Shown here piece after piece: positions 35,552-45,145 of a stretch of 64,000 nt of DNA. The stretch covers positions 1,659 through 65,658 of the forward strand of contig CAMKJU010000006.1 of assembly GCA_946413265.1 (NCBI GenBank). The letters run 5' to 3'. Positions within the stretch are counted from its first letter, which is position 1, and each line of letters opens with the position of its first letter. The notes beneath the pieces were generated by a model that saw only the letters and a list, made by a program, of their open reading frames with translations, had not been told where the DNA came from and did no database searches. The translations under genes and the position numbers were made by a program. Origin of the DNA: an uncultured Lentisphaerota bacterium (GTDB taxonomy: Bacteria > Verrucomicrobiota > Kiritimatiellia > RFP12 > UBA1067).

Positions 35552-35717
35552 GTGGATCGATCATCTGCGCCGGCAGCGGACCGAGACTCTCCCACGAGTG
35601 ATTAGTCGCCCACGGCAGATCTGAATCGGCGGCAGTATCCGCGATGCATCCCGTCAAGCCGAACAGGATGAATGCGGCAAGCAGCGCCCACAGCCACTTA
35701 GTCGGTGATGACGACAT
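35544..35717 (-). CDS. Small lipoprotein (57 aa), absent from the ORF track
   Basis: MSSSPTKWLWALLAAFILFGLTGCIADTAADSDLPWATNHSWESLGPLPAQMIDPHD*. Lipobox LTGC; overlaps both neighbours. Confidence 0.72.
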   Translation of the reverse strand: MSSSPTKWLWALLAAFILFGLTGCIADTAADSDLPWATNHSWESLGPLPAQMIDPHD

Positions 35718-36852
35718 CGCCTTCCTCGATCACCAAAGGATCCTGCGCGAAGTCCTTCAATATCTGGGCCAGCACGAAGTTCGTGTTGGGCGTCCACTGA
35801 CGCAAGCGGATCTTGCCGACGATCGTCTTGGTTTCCTTGCCGTCCGCGCCCTTTATATTACGGACCACATACATTTCATGCGGCGTCAGCGGGCTGCTGC
35901 GGTCTGCGCCGAGAAGCTCGTCCAGTGCCGAGTTCTCGAACTTGACGACAACATAGAGCTTTTCGTTGTTGACCTTCGAAATCGTGCCCTTGTTGCCGTT
36001 GGTAAGCTGTCCGCCACCCGCCGTCATGGTTCCGGGCGCACGTGGTGCGGCCGTCTGGGTCTTGAGGAGATTCGTCAGGTGCTCGACCTTCTTGCGCTCC
36101 TTTTCAAGATCCTCCTTCACGGCCTCCGTCTCATCCTTCGCGGTGGCAACCTCGTCCTTGAGCGACGTGACTTCCGTCTTGAGGTCTTCGACCTCAGCCT
36201 TAGTCTTCTGAAGCTGGTCCTCGAGGGCTGTCTTTTCGGATGTCAGCTTCTCAATTTCCTTGGCGCGCTTCTCGAGCTCGATCCTGTCCAGGCGGATCTC
36301 CTTCGGCAGCTCGTTGTAGTCTGTCACGAGTTTCTGGAGTTTCGCGCGGACGCTCGCCAGCTCCTGGCGCGTCTTGCCGAGTTTCTCGTACTGCTTGGAC
36401 GCGCGGTCGGTGATGGAGTCGACAAGCTCCTGCGCCGTGCCGGGCCCCTTCGTGACGAAGCGGCCGGGATTCGCCTGGTCAGGCTGCTTGTTGCCTTCCG
36501 AGTCCAGTGCGTAGAGCTTGCGGAGCTGCGCGGCCTGCGAGTCGCCCCACTTCATGAGCTTCACGTCGGTCTTCTCGTATTCGGGATGGTAGTCCTCGAG
36601 TAGGTTCTCCGTATCGGGGTCATCGACCTCGCGCGCCTCGCGGGGGGATACGTCCTTCTTGGCCGCGAGGTTTGCGCCAGGAGTAGCATCCTCGGCCTCG
36701 ATGAAGGACGAGAGCTTGACGATGCAGTTGCGAAGCTGCTCGTTGCTATCCTTCAGCAGTTCCTTCTTCTCAAACAGGTTCAACTCGAAATACAGCGCGA
36801 CGCCGGCGACAGCCAGAATCACGTAGACGAGCGCGTGTACAGCCTTGTTCAT
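35698..36852 (-). CDS. Membrane-anchored coiled-coil protein
   Basis: N-terminal TM segment, long heptad region, C-terminal beta domain; strongly biased codons. Confidence 0.8.
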   Translation of the reverse strand: MNKAVHALVYVILAVAGVALYFELNLFEKKELLKDSNEQLRNCIVKLSSFIEAEDATPGANLAAKKDVSPREAREVDDPDTENLLEDYHPEYEKTDVKLMKWGDSQAAQLRKLYALDSEGNKQPDQANPGRFVTKGPGTAQELVDSITDRASKQYEKLGKTRQELASVRAKLQKLVTDYNELPKEIRLDRIELEKRAKEIEKLTSEKTALEDQLQKTKAEVEDLKTEVTSLKDEVATAKDETEAVKEDLEKERKKVEHLTNLLKTQTAAPRAPGTMTAGGGQLTNGNKGTISKVNNEKLYVVVKFENSALDELLGADRSSPLTPHEMYVVRNIKGADGKETKTIVGKIRLRQWTPNTNFVLAQILKDFAQDPLVIEEGDVVITD

Positions 36853-36986
36853 GTTGTTTTCTACCTTCTTTAGGACAGTTTTTTGGGCCGCGCAAACCTA
36901 GTCCGCGCAGTCACGGTTGAATAGGATAGTAGAAATCTGCGACAATGGCAACAGTAAAATGTAAAAAAGTTTTGCCGAGGTCTGGA

Positions 36987-38486
36987 TCACTTCAGCGCGA
37001 TTCCGCCTCCAAGCGCCTTGTAGAGGGAGATCAGGCTGGTCGTAATCTTGCCTCTGCTGATGGTCAAAGACTCCTCGAGGGTAAGCAGCGAGCGCTGTGC
37101 GTCGAGCACGTTGTTGAAGTCTTTGAGGCCGTTTTGGTAGAGGTCCTGCGAGATGTTGACAGCGTCCTGCGCGGCCTTCACGGCGTCCTCCAGGGATTGG
37201 TAGCGGTGATACTCCTGCGTGTAGGAACTGTAGGCATTGCGCGCCTCGCCGTAGGCATTCTGCACGGCGAGCTCGTACTTCAGCGCGGCCTCGGACATCT
37301 TCGACTCGGCGGACCTCATGGCCGCGATGAGGTTGCCGCCCTGGAAGATCGGCCAGCGGAAGGCCGGGCCGATGGAGCCCATGAAAGCGTCGCGGCGGAA
37401 GAACTTGTTGGCGTCGATGCTGTCGAGTCCGATGGAGCCGTTGATGTAGAACTTCGGGAAGAACTGTGCCTTGGCCACGCCGACGGAGGCAACCTGCGCG
37501 GCGAGCGAGCGCTCGGCGGCGCGCACGTCGGGACGGCGGCGTATCACGTCGAGCGGGATGGCGGCGACGCGCTGCGGCACGATGAGCCAGTCGCGCGCGG
37601 GCAGCGGGCGGAGCTCGTCGTGGAGTGCGCCCGGCATCTTGCCTGCGAGGATCGCGATCGCGTTCATGTACTGCTCCGCGCTCGCGTGGAGGTTCGGTAG
37701 CGAGGCGCGTGTCTGCTCGACGTTGTACTTCGCCTGCTTGACGGCGAGCTCGTCGCCGATGCCGCTGTCGAGGCGCGACTTGAGGATGTCGTACGTCTCG
37801 CTCTGTAGCTTGAGGTTCGCGCGCGCCACCTTGAGTCGCTCCTGGACCGTGCGCAGTTCCACGTAGGTGCTGGCGATTTCGGCAGTGAGCGACACCCAGG
37901 CGTCGTCGAGCGAGCAGGCGGTCGCGTCGAGCTGGGCCTCCGCCGACTCGTACTGGCGGCGCGTGCCGCCGAAGACGTCGATTTCCCACGACGCGTCGAA
38001 GCCGCTGTTCCAGTGGTCGCCGTGGTAGGCCGTGCCGCTGCCGCCGCGCGAGCTCGTGAAGCCGTGCGCGCCAGAGCGCGTGTAGGTGCCGTCCATCGTG
38101 ATGCTCGGCAGGAACGCTGCGCGCGCTCCCACGAGCGTCCACCGCGCCTGGACGAGTCGTTCCTGCGCCATGAGGAAGGAGAGGTTGTTGGATACCGCAG
38201 TGTCGACGAGATCCGTCAGGACGTCGTCGTTGAACTGCGTCCACCACGACTTTATCGACTCTGCGGAGATTTCCTTTCGCGTGTCGTCCTTCCCTTCGGC
38301 AGGTTTCAGCTCGCCGGTCTCGGTCTTGTTCGTCGTCGGGTACCCGGCGTCGGGCAACGTCACGTCGGCGGCCTTGACTTCCGGCTCCTTGTAGTCCGGA
38401 CCCACGGCCCAGCCCTTGCATCCGGCCACGGCCAGCGCAAGCGCGCACAGCGCGGCGCCACCGATGAAGCATGTCTCTCGTATCAT
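36987..38486 (-). CDS. RND efflux outer-membrane factor (NodT/OprM family lipoprotein)
   Basis: Lipobox VAGC; motifs VGPDY, SWEIDVFG, RRPDVRAAE and LYKALGGG. Confidence 0.93.
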   Translation of the reverse strand: MIRETCFIGGAALCALALAVAGCKGWAVGPDYKEPEVKAADVTLPDAGYPTTNKTETGELKPAEGKDDTRKEISAESIKSWWTQFNDDVLTDLVDTAVSNNLSFLMAQERLVQARWTLVGARAAFLPSITMDGTYTRSGAHGFTSSRGGSGTAYHGDHWNSGFDASWEIDVFGGTRRQYESAEAQLDATACSLDDAWVSLTAEIASTYVELRTVQERLKVARANLKLQSETYDILKSRLDSGIGDELAVKQAKYNVEQTRASLPNLHASAEQYMNAIAILAGKMPGALHDELRPLPARDWLIVPQRVAAIPLDVIRRRPDVRAAERSLAAQVASVGVAKAQFFPKFYINGSIGLDSIDANKFFRRDAFMGSIGPAFRWPIFQGGNLIAAMRSAESKMSEAALKYELAVQNAYGEARNAYSSYTQEYHRYQSLEDAVKAAQDAVNISQDLYQNGLKDFNNVLDAQRSLLTLEESLTISRGKITTSLISLYKALGGGIALK

Positions 38487-38506
38487 TTCCTTTCTCCTTT
38501 TCTAAA

Positions 38507-41500
38507 TCAGATCCTGGCCTTCAGCTCGCGGCGGCGGCGCGCGCGCGCCGACAGGTATTCGAAGAAGCGCTTGACCCTCTCGCGCCATGTCTGGAAGAGC
38601 GCGTAGAGGCCAGGCACCAGCAGGATGCCGAACACGACCGACGCGAACATTCCCCAGAACTCGGTCGTGCCGAGGTGGTTGCGGCTCGCGGCGCCCGCGC
38701 CGGTTGCGATCATCATGGGGAGCGTGCCGAGGAGCGTGGTGAGCGCCGTCATCAGCAACGCGCGCAGACGCTCGCCTGCGGCCGCGCCCGCCGCATCCAC
38801 GATGGAGTAGCCCTCGTTCTCGCGCTTGTCCTTCGCGAACTCCACGAGCAGGATGGCGTTCTTGGAGGCGAGTCCCACGAGGAGCACGAGTCCGAGCTGC
38901 GCGTATATCGATAGCGCGAACGGCTTGCCCGTGGCGAAGATGCCCCAGTACTTGAGGCCCAGGAGCGCGCCGAACACAGCCACGAAGATGGAGAGCATCA
39001 CCGGCATCGGGATCGTCCAGCTCTCGTACTGCGCGACGAGGAACAGATAGCCGAAGAGCACCGCGAGCAGGATGAGCGGCGCGGCCGTGCCCTCGTTGCG
39101 CTGCTCCTGGTAGGAGAGCGCGGCCCAGTCGTAGCCGAAGCCGTCCGGCAGCTCGGCCTTGAACAGGTCGCGCAGCTCGTTCATCACGAGGCCCGACGGC
39201 ACGCCGGGCTTCGGCAAGATGGTGAGCTGGGCGGTCACGTATTTGTCGCGCGTGTTGATGGCGCGGGGACCGAGTTCGTGCGTGATCGTGCCGAGGGAGC
39301 CGACAGGCACCATCGCGCCGGTGTCGGAACGCACGTAGAGGCGCTCCACCGCCTCGGGCGTGTCACGGGCGGACGCCTCGGCGGCAACCGTCACGCGGTT
39401 CACCTGCGTGCCGAGGTTCACGTCGTTCACGTAGCGCGAGCCGAGGTAGTTCTGGAGCGTCGCGTAGATCGTCGCCACGGGCACGTGGAACATCTCCGTC
39501 TTCTCGCGGTTGAGGTTGAACTTCAGGTGGGGCGTCTTCGCGTTGTAGCCGGAGAACGCCATCAGCACGTTCGGGTTCGCGTTGATCTTCGCGAGAAGCT
39601 TGTTCTTCACCTCGTCCATCTTCATCGGGTCGGCTTCCGCCTTGTCCTGGATGTGCACGGAGATTCCGTTCGCCATGCCGAGTCCGGGGATGGCGGGCGG
39701 CATGAACACCTGCCACTTCGGCTCCGGCACCGCCGCGAGCAGCCCCTGGATCTTGCCGACAAGCATGGCGGCGTGCTGTTCCGGCAGCGGACGCTTGTCC
39801 CAGCCCTTGAGGTCGATGATGAGCGTGGTCTGGTTCTCGCCGCGTCCGCCGATCATGCCCCATCCTGTGATAGTGAGGACGCTCTCCACCTCTGGCAGCG
39901 TACGCAGCAGGTCGACGGCGCGCAGGGCGGCGTCGCGGCTGCGGTCGCGCGCGGTGCCCTCGGGCATCTCCATAGAAGCGAAGACCACGCGCTGGTCCTC
40001 GTCAGGAAGGAACGCGGTCTGCGTCTTGGTGAAGAGCGACACGGTCACGAGGACAGTGAGCAAAAGGAGGACGCCCGCGAGGAAGATGCGGCTTGCGAGC
40101 CACTTCGCGGCCGTGACGAACAGTCCCTTGAACTTCTCGACGGCCCAGTTGAACCAGGCGAGGGGACCGTGCTTGTACGGACGCGACTCGCGCAGGATGA
40201 GCGAGCAGAGAGCCGGCGCGAGCGTGAGCGCGCACAGCGTGGAGAAGCACACAGCGGCGGAGAGCGTGACGGAGAACTGCTGGTAGATGCGGCCCGTGAT
40301 GCCGCTCATGAAGCCGACGGGCACGAAGATGCCGAGGAGCACGAGCGTCGTCGCGATGACGGCGCTCGTCACGTCGCTCATCGCCTGGATCGTCGCCTCC
40401 TTCGCGTTGAGGCCGCGCGTCTCGATGAGGAACTGCACGCGCTCGACCACGACGATGCAGTCGTCCACCACCACGCCGATCGCGAGCACCAGACCGAACA
40501 GCGTGAGGATGTTGATCGTGTAGCCGAGAATGGCCATGAGGATGAACGTTGAGCAGAGCGAGACGGGGATCGTTAGGCACGGGATGAGCGTGGCGCGCCA
40601 GTCCTGCAGGAAGAGGTAGCACACGAGCACCACGAGGCCGAACGTGATGGCGAGCGTCATCACGATTTCCTTCACGCACATGCGCACGTAGTCGGTGGCG
40701 TCGTACGGGGTGATCCACTCCAGGTCGTCGGGGAACGACTGCGCGAGGCGGTCCATCTCCTTCTGGATCTGGTTCATCGTGGCGATGGCGTTCGCGCCGG
40801 GCTTCTGCTGGAGGGCTACGGACACGGCGTTGCCGCCGTTGAACTGTCCGGTGAACATGTAGTTTTGCTCGCCGATCTCCGTGCGCGCGATGTCCTTGAG
40901 CTTCACGATGCCGCCCTTGTCGTCGCGTCGGATGACGATTTCGTTGAACTCCTCGGGCTTCATCAGTCGGCCCTTGGCGGTGAGGGTGTAGACCTTCGCG
41001 CCGTGCGCGGGAATTGGCGACGCGCCCACGGCGCCGACAGACGCCTGCACGTTCTGGCGCGTAACTGCCGCGATCACTTCCTCAGAGTTTATGCCCTGCG
41101 CGGCCATGCGGTCGGGGTCCATCCACACGCGCATCGAGAGGCGCGGACCGTAGACCGTGGCCTCGCCCACGCCGGGGATGCGCAGCAGCACGGGCTGGAT
41201 GTTGCCGTAGATGTAGTCGCTGATCTGAAGGCGCGACATCGTGCCCTTCGGCGAGCGGAGGCAGATGACGCCGAGCATGTCCTCTGCCTGCGCGCGGATG
41301 CGCCCGCCAAGCTGCTTCACCTCGGTCGGCAGCTTCGCCTCGGCCTGCGCCACGCGGTTCTGCACCTTGACCATGTCCATGTCGCGGTCCGACTCCACCT
41401 CGAAGGACACCTGCAGCTGGTAGTCGCCGGTGTCGGAGCAGGAGCCGACCATGTAGAGCATGTCGTCCACGCCGTTCACCTCGTCCTCAATAGGCATCGC

Positions 41501-41725
41501 GACGGTGTTGAGGATCTCCTTTGCGTTCGCGCCGGGGTAGCTGTACGACACGGAGATCGACGGCGGCGTGAGGCGCGGGTACTGCGAGATAGGCAGCTTG
41601 AAGATCGCCATCGCGCCCGCCATCGTCAGCACGATGGAGATCACCATCGCGAACCTGGGACGTTCCACGAATATACGCGAGAACGTCTTGATTTTGTCAA
41701 TCGACTCTCTTATTCCTAGCTTCAT
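38507..41725 (-). CDS. RND efflux permease (AcrB/HAE1 family)
   Basis: Motifs ERPRFAMVIS, GVVVDDCIVVVE, KNAILLVEFA and RLRALLMT; 1072 aa. Confidence 0.95.
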   Translation of the reverse strand: MKLGIRESIDKIKTFSRIFVERPRFAMVISIVLTMAGAMAIFKLPISQYPRLTPPSISVSYSYPGANAKEILNTVAMPIEDEVNGVDDMLYMVGSCSDTGDYQLQVSFEVESDRDMDMVKVQNRVAQAEAKLPTEVKQLGGRIRAQAEDMLGVICLRSPKGTMSRLQISDYIYGNIQPVLLRIPGVGEATVYGPRLSMRVWMDPDRMAAQGINSEEVIAAVTRQNVQASVGAVGASPIPAHGAKVYTLTAKGRLMKPEEFNEIVIRRDDKGGIVKLKDIARTEIGEQNYMFTGQFNGGNAVSVALQQKPGANAIATMNQIQKEMDRLAQSFPDDLEWITPYDATDYVRMCVKEIVMTLAITFGLVVLVCYLFLQDWRATLIPCLTIPVSLCSTFILMAILGYTINILTLFGLVLAIGVVVDDCIVVVERVQFLIETRGLNAKEATIQAMSDVTSAVIATTLVLLGIFVPVGFMSGITGRIYQQFSVTLSAAVCFSTLCALTLAPALCSLILRESRPYKHGPLAWFNWAVEKFKGLFVTAAKWLASRIFLAGVLLLLTVLVTVSLFTKTQTAFLPDEDQRVVFASMEMPEGTARDRSRDAALRAVDLLRTLPEVESVLTITGWGMIGGRGENQTTLIIDLKGWDKRPLPEQHAAMLVGKIQGLLAAVPEPKWQVFMPPAIPGLGMANGISVHIQDKAEADPMKMDEVKNKLLAKINANPNVLMAFSGYNAKTPHLKFNLNREKTEMFHVPVATIYATLQNYLGSRYVNDVNLGTQVNRVTVAAEASARDTPEAVERLYVRSDTGAMVPVGSLGTITHELGPRAINTRDKYVTAQLTILPKPGVPSGLVMNELRDLFKAELPDGFGYDWAALSYQEQRNEGTAAPLILLAVLFGYLFLVAQYESWTIPMPVMLSIFVAVFGALLGLKYWGIFATGKPFALSIYAQLGLVLLVGLASKNAILLVEFAKDKRENEGYSIVDAAGAAAGERLRALLMTALTTLLGTLPMMIATGAGAASRNHLGTTEFWGMFASVVFGILLVPGLYALFQTWRERVKRFFEYLSARARRRRELKARI

Positions 41726-42708
41726 TATTTTAATCCTCGTAACTGTTTCCTTGTGCTGGCAACGAGCGCATCAGCCATGTTGAAGATACCCGCAAGAAGC
41801 GCGCCCGAGACGGAATGCCACACGCACGAGACCGCCGAGGCGACAGCCGCCTCCGGCATTGTCGGGAAGTGCTTGCCCGCTAGCACGGTCGCGAGCCCCG
41901 CGTTCTGCATTCCAACTTCAATGGAGATCGTCCGCCGCTTCGACTGCGGGAACCGCGCCGCAACGCCGGAAAGATAGCCCAGCACGTAACCAAGCGAATT
42001 GTGCAGGAACACGCCCACGAAAATGAGAACGCCCGACTTCACGATGCTCGCGCCGTGCGCGGACACCACCCCGCCCACGATGCACGCGAGTCCAAGCACC
42101 GCAATGCCCGGCATCACCTTCAGCACCTCGCGGTAGCAGTTCCTTTTCCCGAACGCCGCGTTGAACGCATACCCAAGCGCGATCGGCAGGATGGTTACGA
42201 TCAAGATCGACTTGAACATCCCGATTGCGTCAACGTCCACGGTCTCCCCCGCGAGCCACAGCATCAGGAACGGCGTCATCAGCGGAGCCGCAAGGGTCGA
42301 AACCGTCGTCATCCCCACCGAGAACGCCACGTCGCCCTTGCATAGGAAGCTCATGATGTTGGATGAGACGCCGCCGGGGCAGCAACCCACGAGCATCAGC
42401 CCCACGCCGACCTCGCGCGGCAGTCCCAAGACGCGGACAAGCGTCCACGCGATGAGCGGCATGAACGTGAACTGCGCGAGCGCGCCGATGACCATGTCCT
42501 GCGGACGCGACGCGAGGATCTTGAAGTCCTCGTCCTTGAGCGTCATGCCCATCGTGAGCATTATCACGCCGAGGACGGCCGTCTGCGTGTCGCCGCGCAC
42601 CCACCCGAATGCATCGGGCACGAAGTACGTCCCCACCGCCACAAGGGCGATGAAGAGCGGCGTCCACTTCGCCAGCCACGCCGAAACGGCCTGGAGAAAC
42701 CGCATCAT
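41725..42708 (-). CDS. Bile acid:sodium symporter (BASS/SBF) family transporter
   Basis: Motifs IMLTMGMTL, GCCPGGVSSN and SIEVGMQNAGLA. Confidence 0.92.
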   Translation of the reverse strand: MMRFLQAVSAWLAKWTPLFIALVAVGTYFVPDAFGWVRGDTQTAVLGVIMLTMGMTLKDEDFKILASRPQDMVIGALAQFTFMPLIAWTLVRVLGLPREVGVGLMLVGCCPGGVSSNIMSFLCKGDVAFSVGMTTVSTLAAPLMTPFLMLWLAGETVDVDAIGMFKSILIVTILPIALGYAFNAAFGKRNCYREVLKVMPGIAVLGLACIVGGVVSAHGASIVKSGVLIFVGVFLHNSLGYVLGYLSGVAARFPQSKRRTISIEVGMQNAGLATVLAGKHFPTMPEAAVASAVSCVWHSVSGALLAGIFNMADALVASTRKQLRGLK

Positions 42709-42715
42709 CTACTAC

Positions 42716-43930
42716 CTACTCCTTCACAGGCGACTGGTAGTTGGGGTCGAGGTCGTCGTTCATGGTAGGCTCAACCACCTTTACTTTCATGCCGGGCGCG
42801 AGCTTGCCCGTGCCGGAAATTATCACCTTCTCGCCGAGCTTGAGTCCGGAGACGACGGGCGACCAGCCCTCGCTCATCTCGCGTACCTCAACAACGCGCT
42901 CTTCGACCGTATCGTCGTCCTTCAACACCCACACGCCCTGGCTGCCGCCCGTGAGGTCGAATATCGCCTGCTGAGGAATGCTTGCCATCTTCGGGGGAAC
43001 CTTGCGGTCCGTGAGAAGCGTCACGTAACTGTTGGGGATGAGCATGCGGTCGGGGTTGGGGAAGGAGAGACGCATGATGATCGTCGCCGTATCCTTGCTC
43101 ATCTCGTTGTCGTCGAAGTCCCACTTGCCCTCCTCGCCGTACTCGCTGCCGTCAGGCAGGATGAGGCGCATGCGGTAGTCCGGCGCCTTGCCCTTCTTCA
43201 AGGCGGCGCGCCAGCCGATGTAGGCGCGGTCGGTGAGCGGGAACGTTACGCGGATGGGGTCGATCTGCACGATGCGCGCGAGCGCGCCCTTCGACGGCGC
43301 CACGTAGTCGCCCACGTGGGCGGCAGTCTTGCCGATCTGTCCGCTGATCGGCGCCACCACGACAGCCTTCTTGAGGTCGTACTCGGCCACCACCAGGTTG
43401 GCCTTCGCCTGAAGGACGGCGGCCTTGGCCTTGTCGGCGCCGGCTTCCGCGTCGTCGCGCTCCTTCTGCGTGATGCCGCGCGCGTCCGCCTTCTGCATGC
43501 GCTCCCAGTAACGCTCGGCGCGACGCGCCTCCGCCTCGGCGGCCTCGAGGTCGGCCTTGCGCTGGTTGGCGACGGCGCGGTAGCGTTCGTCGTCCAGCAC
43601 GTAGAGGACCGAGCCGGCCTTCACGATGTCGCCTTCCTTGAACTTGATCTCCTTGATGTAGCCGTCAACCTGCGGCAGAAGGTCCACCTCCTGCATCGCC
43701 TCGGCGTGCGCCACGAATTTCTCGGGGAGGTTGTAAATGCGCTCCTCGACTTCCTTCACGGCGACCGTTGTGACCATTTGGGGCATCTGCGGCTTCTCAG
43801 CCTCCTTTTTCGGCCACAGATCGTTAGCGATCCACCCGCCCACGGCGCATGCAGCGGCCAGCACCAACGTTCCGATCACGGCGCCGATTGCGCCGCCCTT
43901 GCTTTTCTTCGCTTCTTCGTTGTCGTTCAT
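42716..43930 (-). CDS. RND efflux membrane fusion protein
   Basis: Motifs LPQVDGYI, VVAPISGQIG and VVSGLKLGEKVI. Start MNDNEE at 43930. Confidence 0.92.
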   Translation of the reverse strand: MNDNEEAKKSKGGAIGAVIGTLVLAAACAVGGWIANDLWPKKEAEKPQMPQMVTTVAVKEVEERIYNLPEKFVAHAEAMQEVDLLPQVDGYIKEIKFKEGDIVKAGSVLYVLDDERYRAVANQRKADLEAAEAEARRAERYWERMQKADARGITQKERDDAEAGADKAKAAVLQAKANLVVAEYDLKKAVVVAPISGQIGKTAAHVGDYVAPSKGALARIVQIDPIRVTFPLTDRAYIGWRAALKKGKAPDYRMRLILPDGSEYGEEGKWDFDDNEMSKDTATIIMRLSFPNPDRMLIPNSYVTLLTDRKVPPKMASIPQQAIFDLTGGSQGVWVLKDDDTVEERVVEVREMSEGWSPVVSGLKLGEKVIISGTGKLAPGMKVKVVEPTMNDDLDPNYQSPVKE

Positions 43931-43956
43931 TTGTTTGTTCCTTTGCTGAAATTGGA

Positions 43957-43984
43957 TTCGACATTCGACATCCGTCATCCGGCG
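43957..43984 (+). repeat. Heptamer repeat overlapping TetR stop
   Basis: TTCGACA TTCGACA TCCGTCA TCCGGCG; same opening units as 7825-7894. Confidence 0.6.
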
Positions 43985-44643
43985 ACCGTGGCTGTCGAGA
44001 ACCGGTTCGCAGTCATTCTAATTGACTCCCAGACTGCCGCGTAGGACTTGCGCAGAGTGTCCTCCAGGTCGCACTGGAGCAGTTTCGCGATCCGCATGTG
44101 TACGAGGCCGTCCCAGATTGCGATGCAGACGCTCGCCACCTGGACGGGATCCACGTCGGGCCGCACTCGCCCAGCGCGCACGTCGTTCTCAAGAGAGGTC
44201 TTGAACGCGGCCCATGGTCCGAACCTCCGGTTGCGCATCAGGTCCTCGCGCACCTGGTCCATGGACTCCTCCGCCCATTGGATCTGCTCGTGGATTAGCA
44301 GAAAGAACGCAGTGCCCTTCACGTCGCCGATGATTTGCGCCGCGTTGCGCACCATCATGTCCGCCACCACGGGAAACGACAGGCCGTCGAACGATGTCTC
44401 GCCGTCTGGCAGCAGCTCGGAAATCTGTCGTTTGAACTTCTCCAGCATCTCGTCGATGAGCGCCATCAGGAGCGCCTGCTTCGACTCGAAGTGCCAGTAC
44501 ACAGCGCCCTTTGTCATTTCCAGCCGCGCGGCAATATCCGTGAACGTCGTGTGTACGTATCCCTTTTTGGCGAACAGCGCCAGCGCGCTCGCAAGTATGC
44601 GTGCACGTGTTCTTTCAGGGTTTCTCTGTCCTTTCTTGGGCAT
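43975..44643 (-). CDS. TetR/AcrR family transcriptional regulator
   Basis: HTH TRARILASALALFAKKG...TKGAVYWHFESK. Confidence 0.93.
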   Translation of the reverse strand: MPKKGQRNPERTRARILASALALFAKKGYVHTTFTDIAARLEMTKGAVYWHFESKQALLMALIDEMLEKFKRQISELLPDGETSFDGLSFPVVADMMVRNAAQIIGDVKGTAFFLLIHEQIQWAEESMDQVREDLMRNRRFGPWAAFKTSLENDVRAGRVRPDVDPVQVASVCIAIWDGLVHMRIAKLLQCDLEDTLRKSYAAVWESIRMTANRFSTATVAG

Positions 44644-44650
44644 GGCGCAT

Positions 44651-44681
44651 AGTATAACATACCTACCGGTAGGTATGTCAA
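44651..44681 (-). promoter_or_regulatory. TetR operator and promoter of the efflux operon
   Basis: Perfect 22-bp palindrome ACATACCTACCGGTAGGTATGT (44657-44678), spanning the spacer from TTGACA to the extended -10 TGtTATACT, which lies 7 nt before the ATG. Confidence 0.85.
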
Positions 44682-44736
44682 TGGTAATTGTGGTGTTTTT
44701 GGAATCGCCTAACCAAGTGCTTTACCATTGCTCTTC

Positions 44737-44766
44737 CTTGGGGCGCGCCCTCCTGCGCGCCCCAAG
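44737..44766. repeat. GC-rich hairpin
   Basis: CTTGGGGCGCGC-cctcct-GCGCGCCCCAAG, a 12-bp perfect stem. Confidence 0.6.
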
Positions 44767-45145
44767 TGAAGGCAATTGCTTCGCAAAAGGCAAAACCCAT
44801 GAATGATACCCGCATTAATTTTATCTTTCGCTCATTGTTGATAACTAGTAGATATTTCCTGAGTTTTTTATAACATCTTCTTCTTGATTTTTTGGGGACT
44901 AGCGTTTAACCCTTGAAAATAAAGGGCGAAATGCATCTCTATACATTTTCTTATGACTCATAACTTTCAACTAACTATTATACACTCTTTTGTTTATAAC
45001 TTGACATCTTCCACATTGTTTCTCATCATCTGCTGTGCTCAGGCTTACATCCAATCTGATTTCTCCAAATCTCCTAAACTCCCATAAACTCCCAATCTCC
45101 AAGTAGCGAAAGCAAATGGTGCCTAGTGGACTTCAGTGGGCGATG

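Noticed and set aside
42161-44044. Long antisense ORFs (for example 42161-44044, 57089-58903, 3901-5412, 8383-9888, 39278-40552)
   Set aside because: Shadow ORFs opposite well-supported genes, as expected in high-GC DNA. No family motifs.
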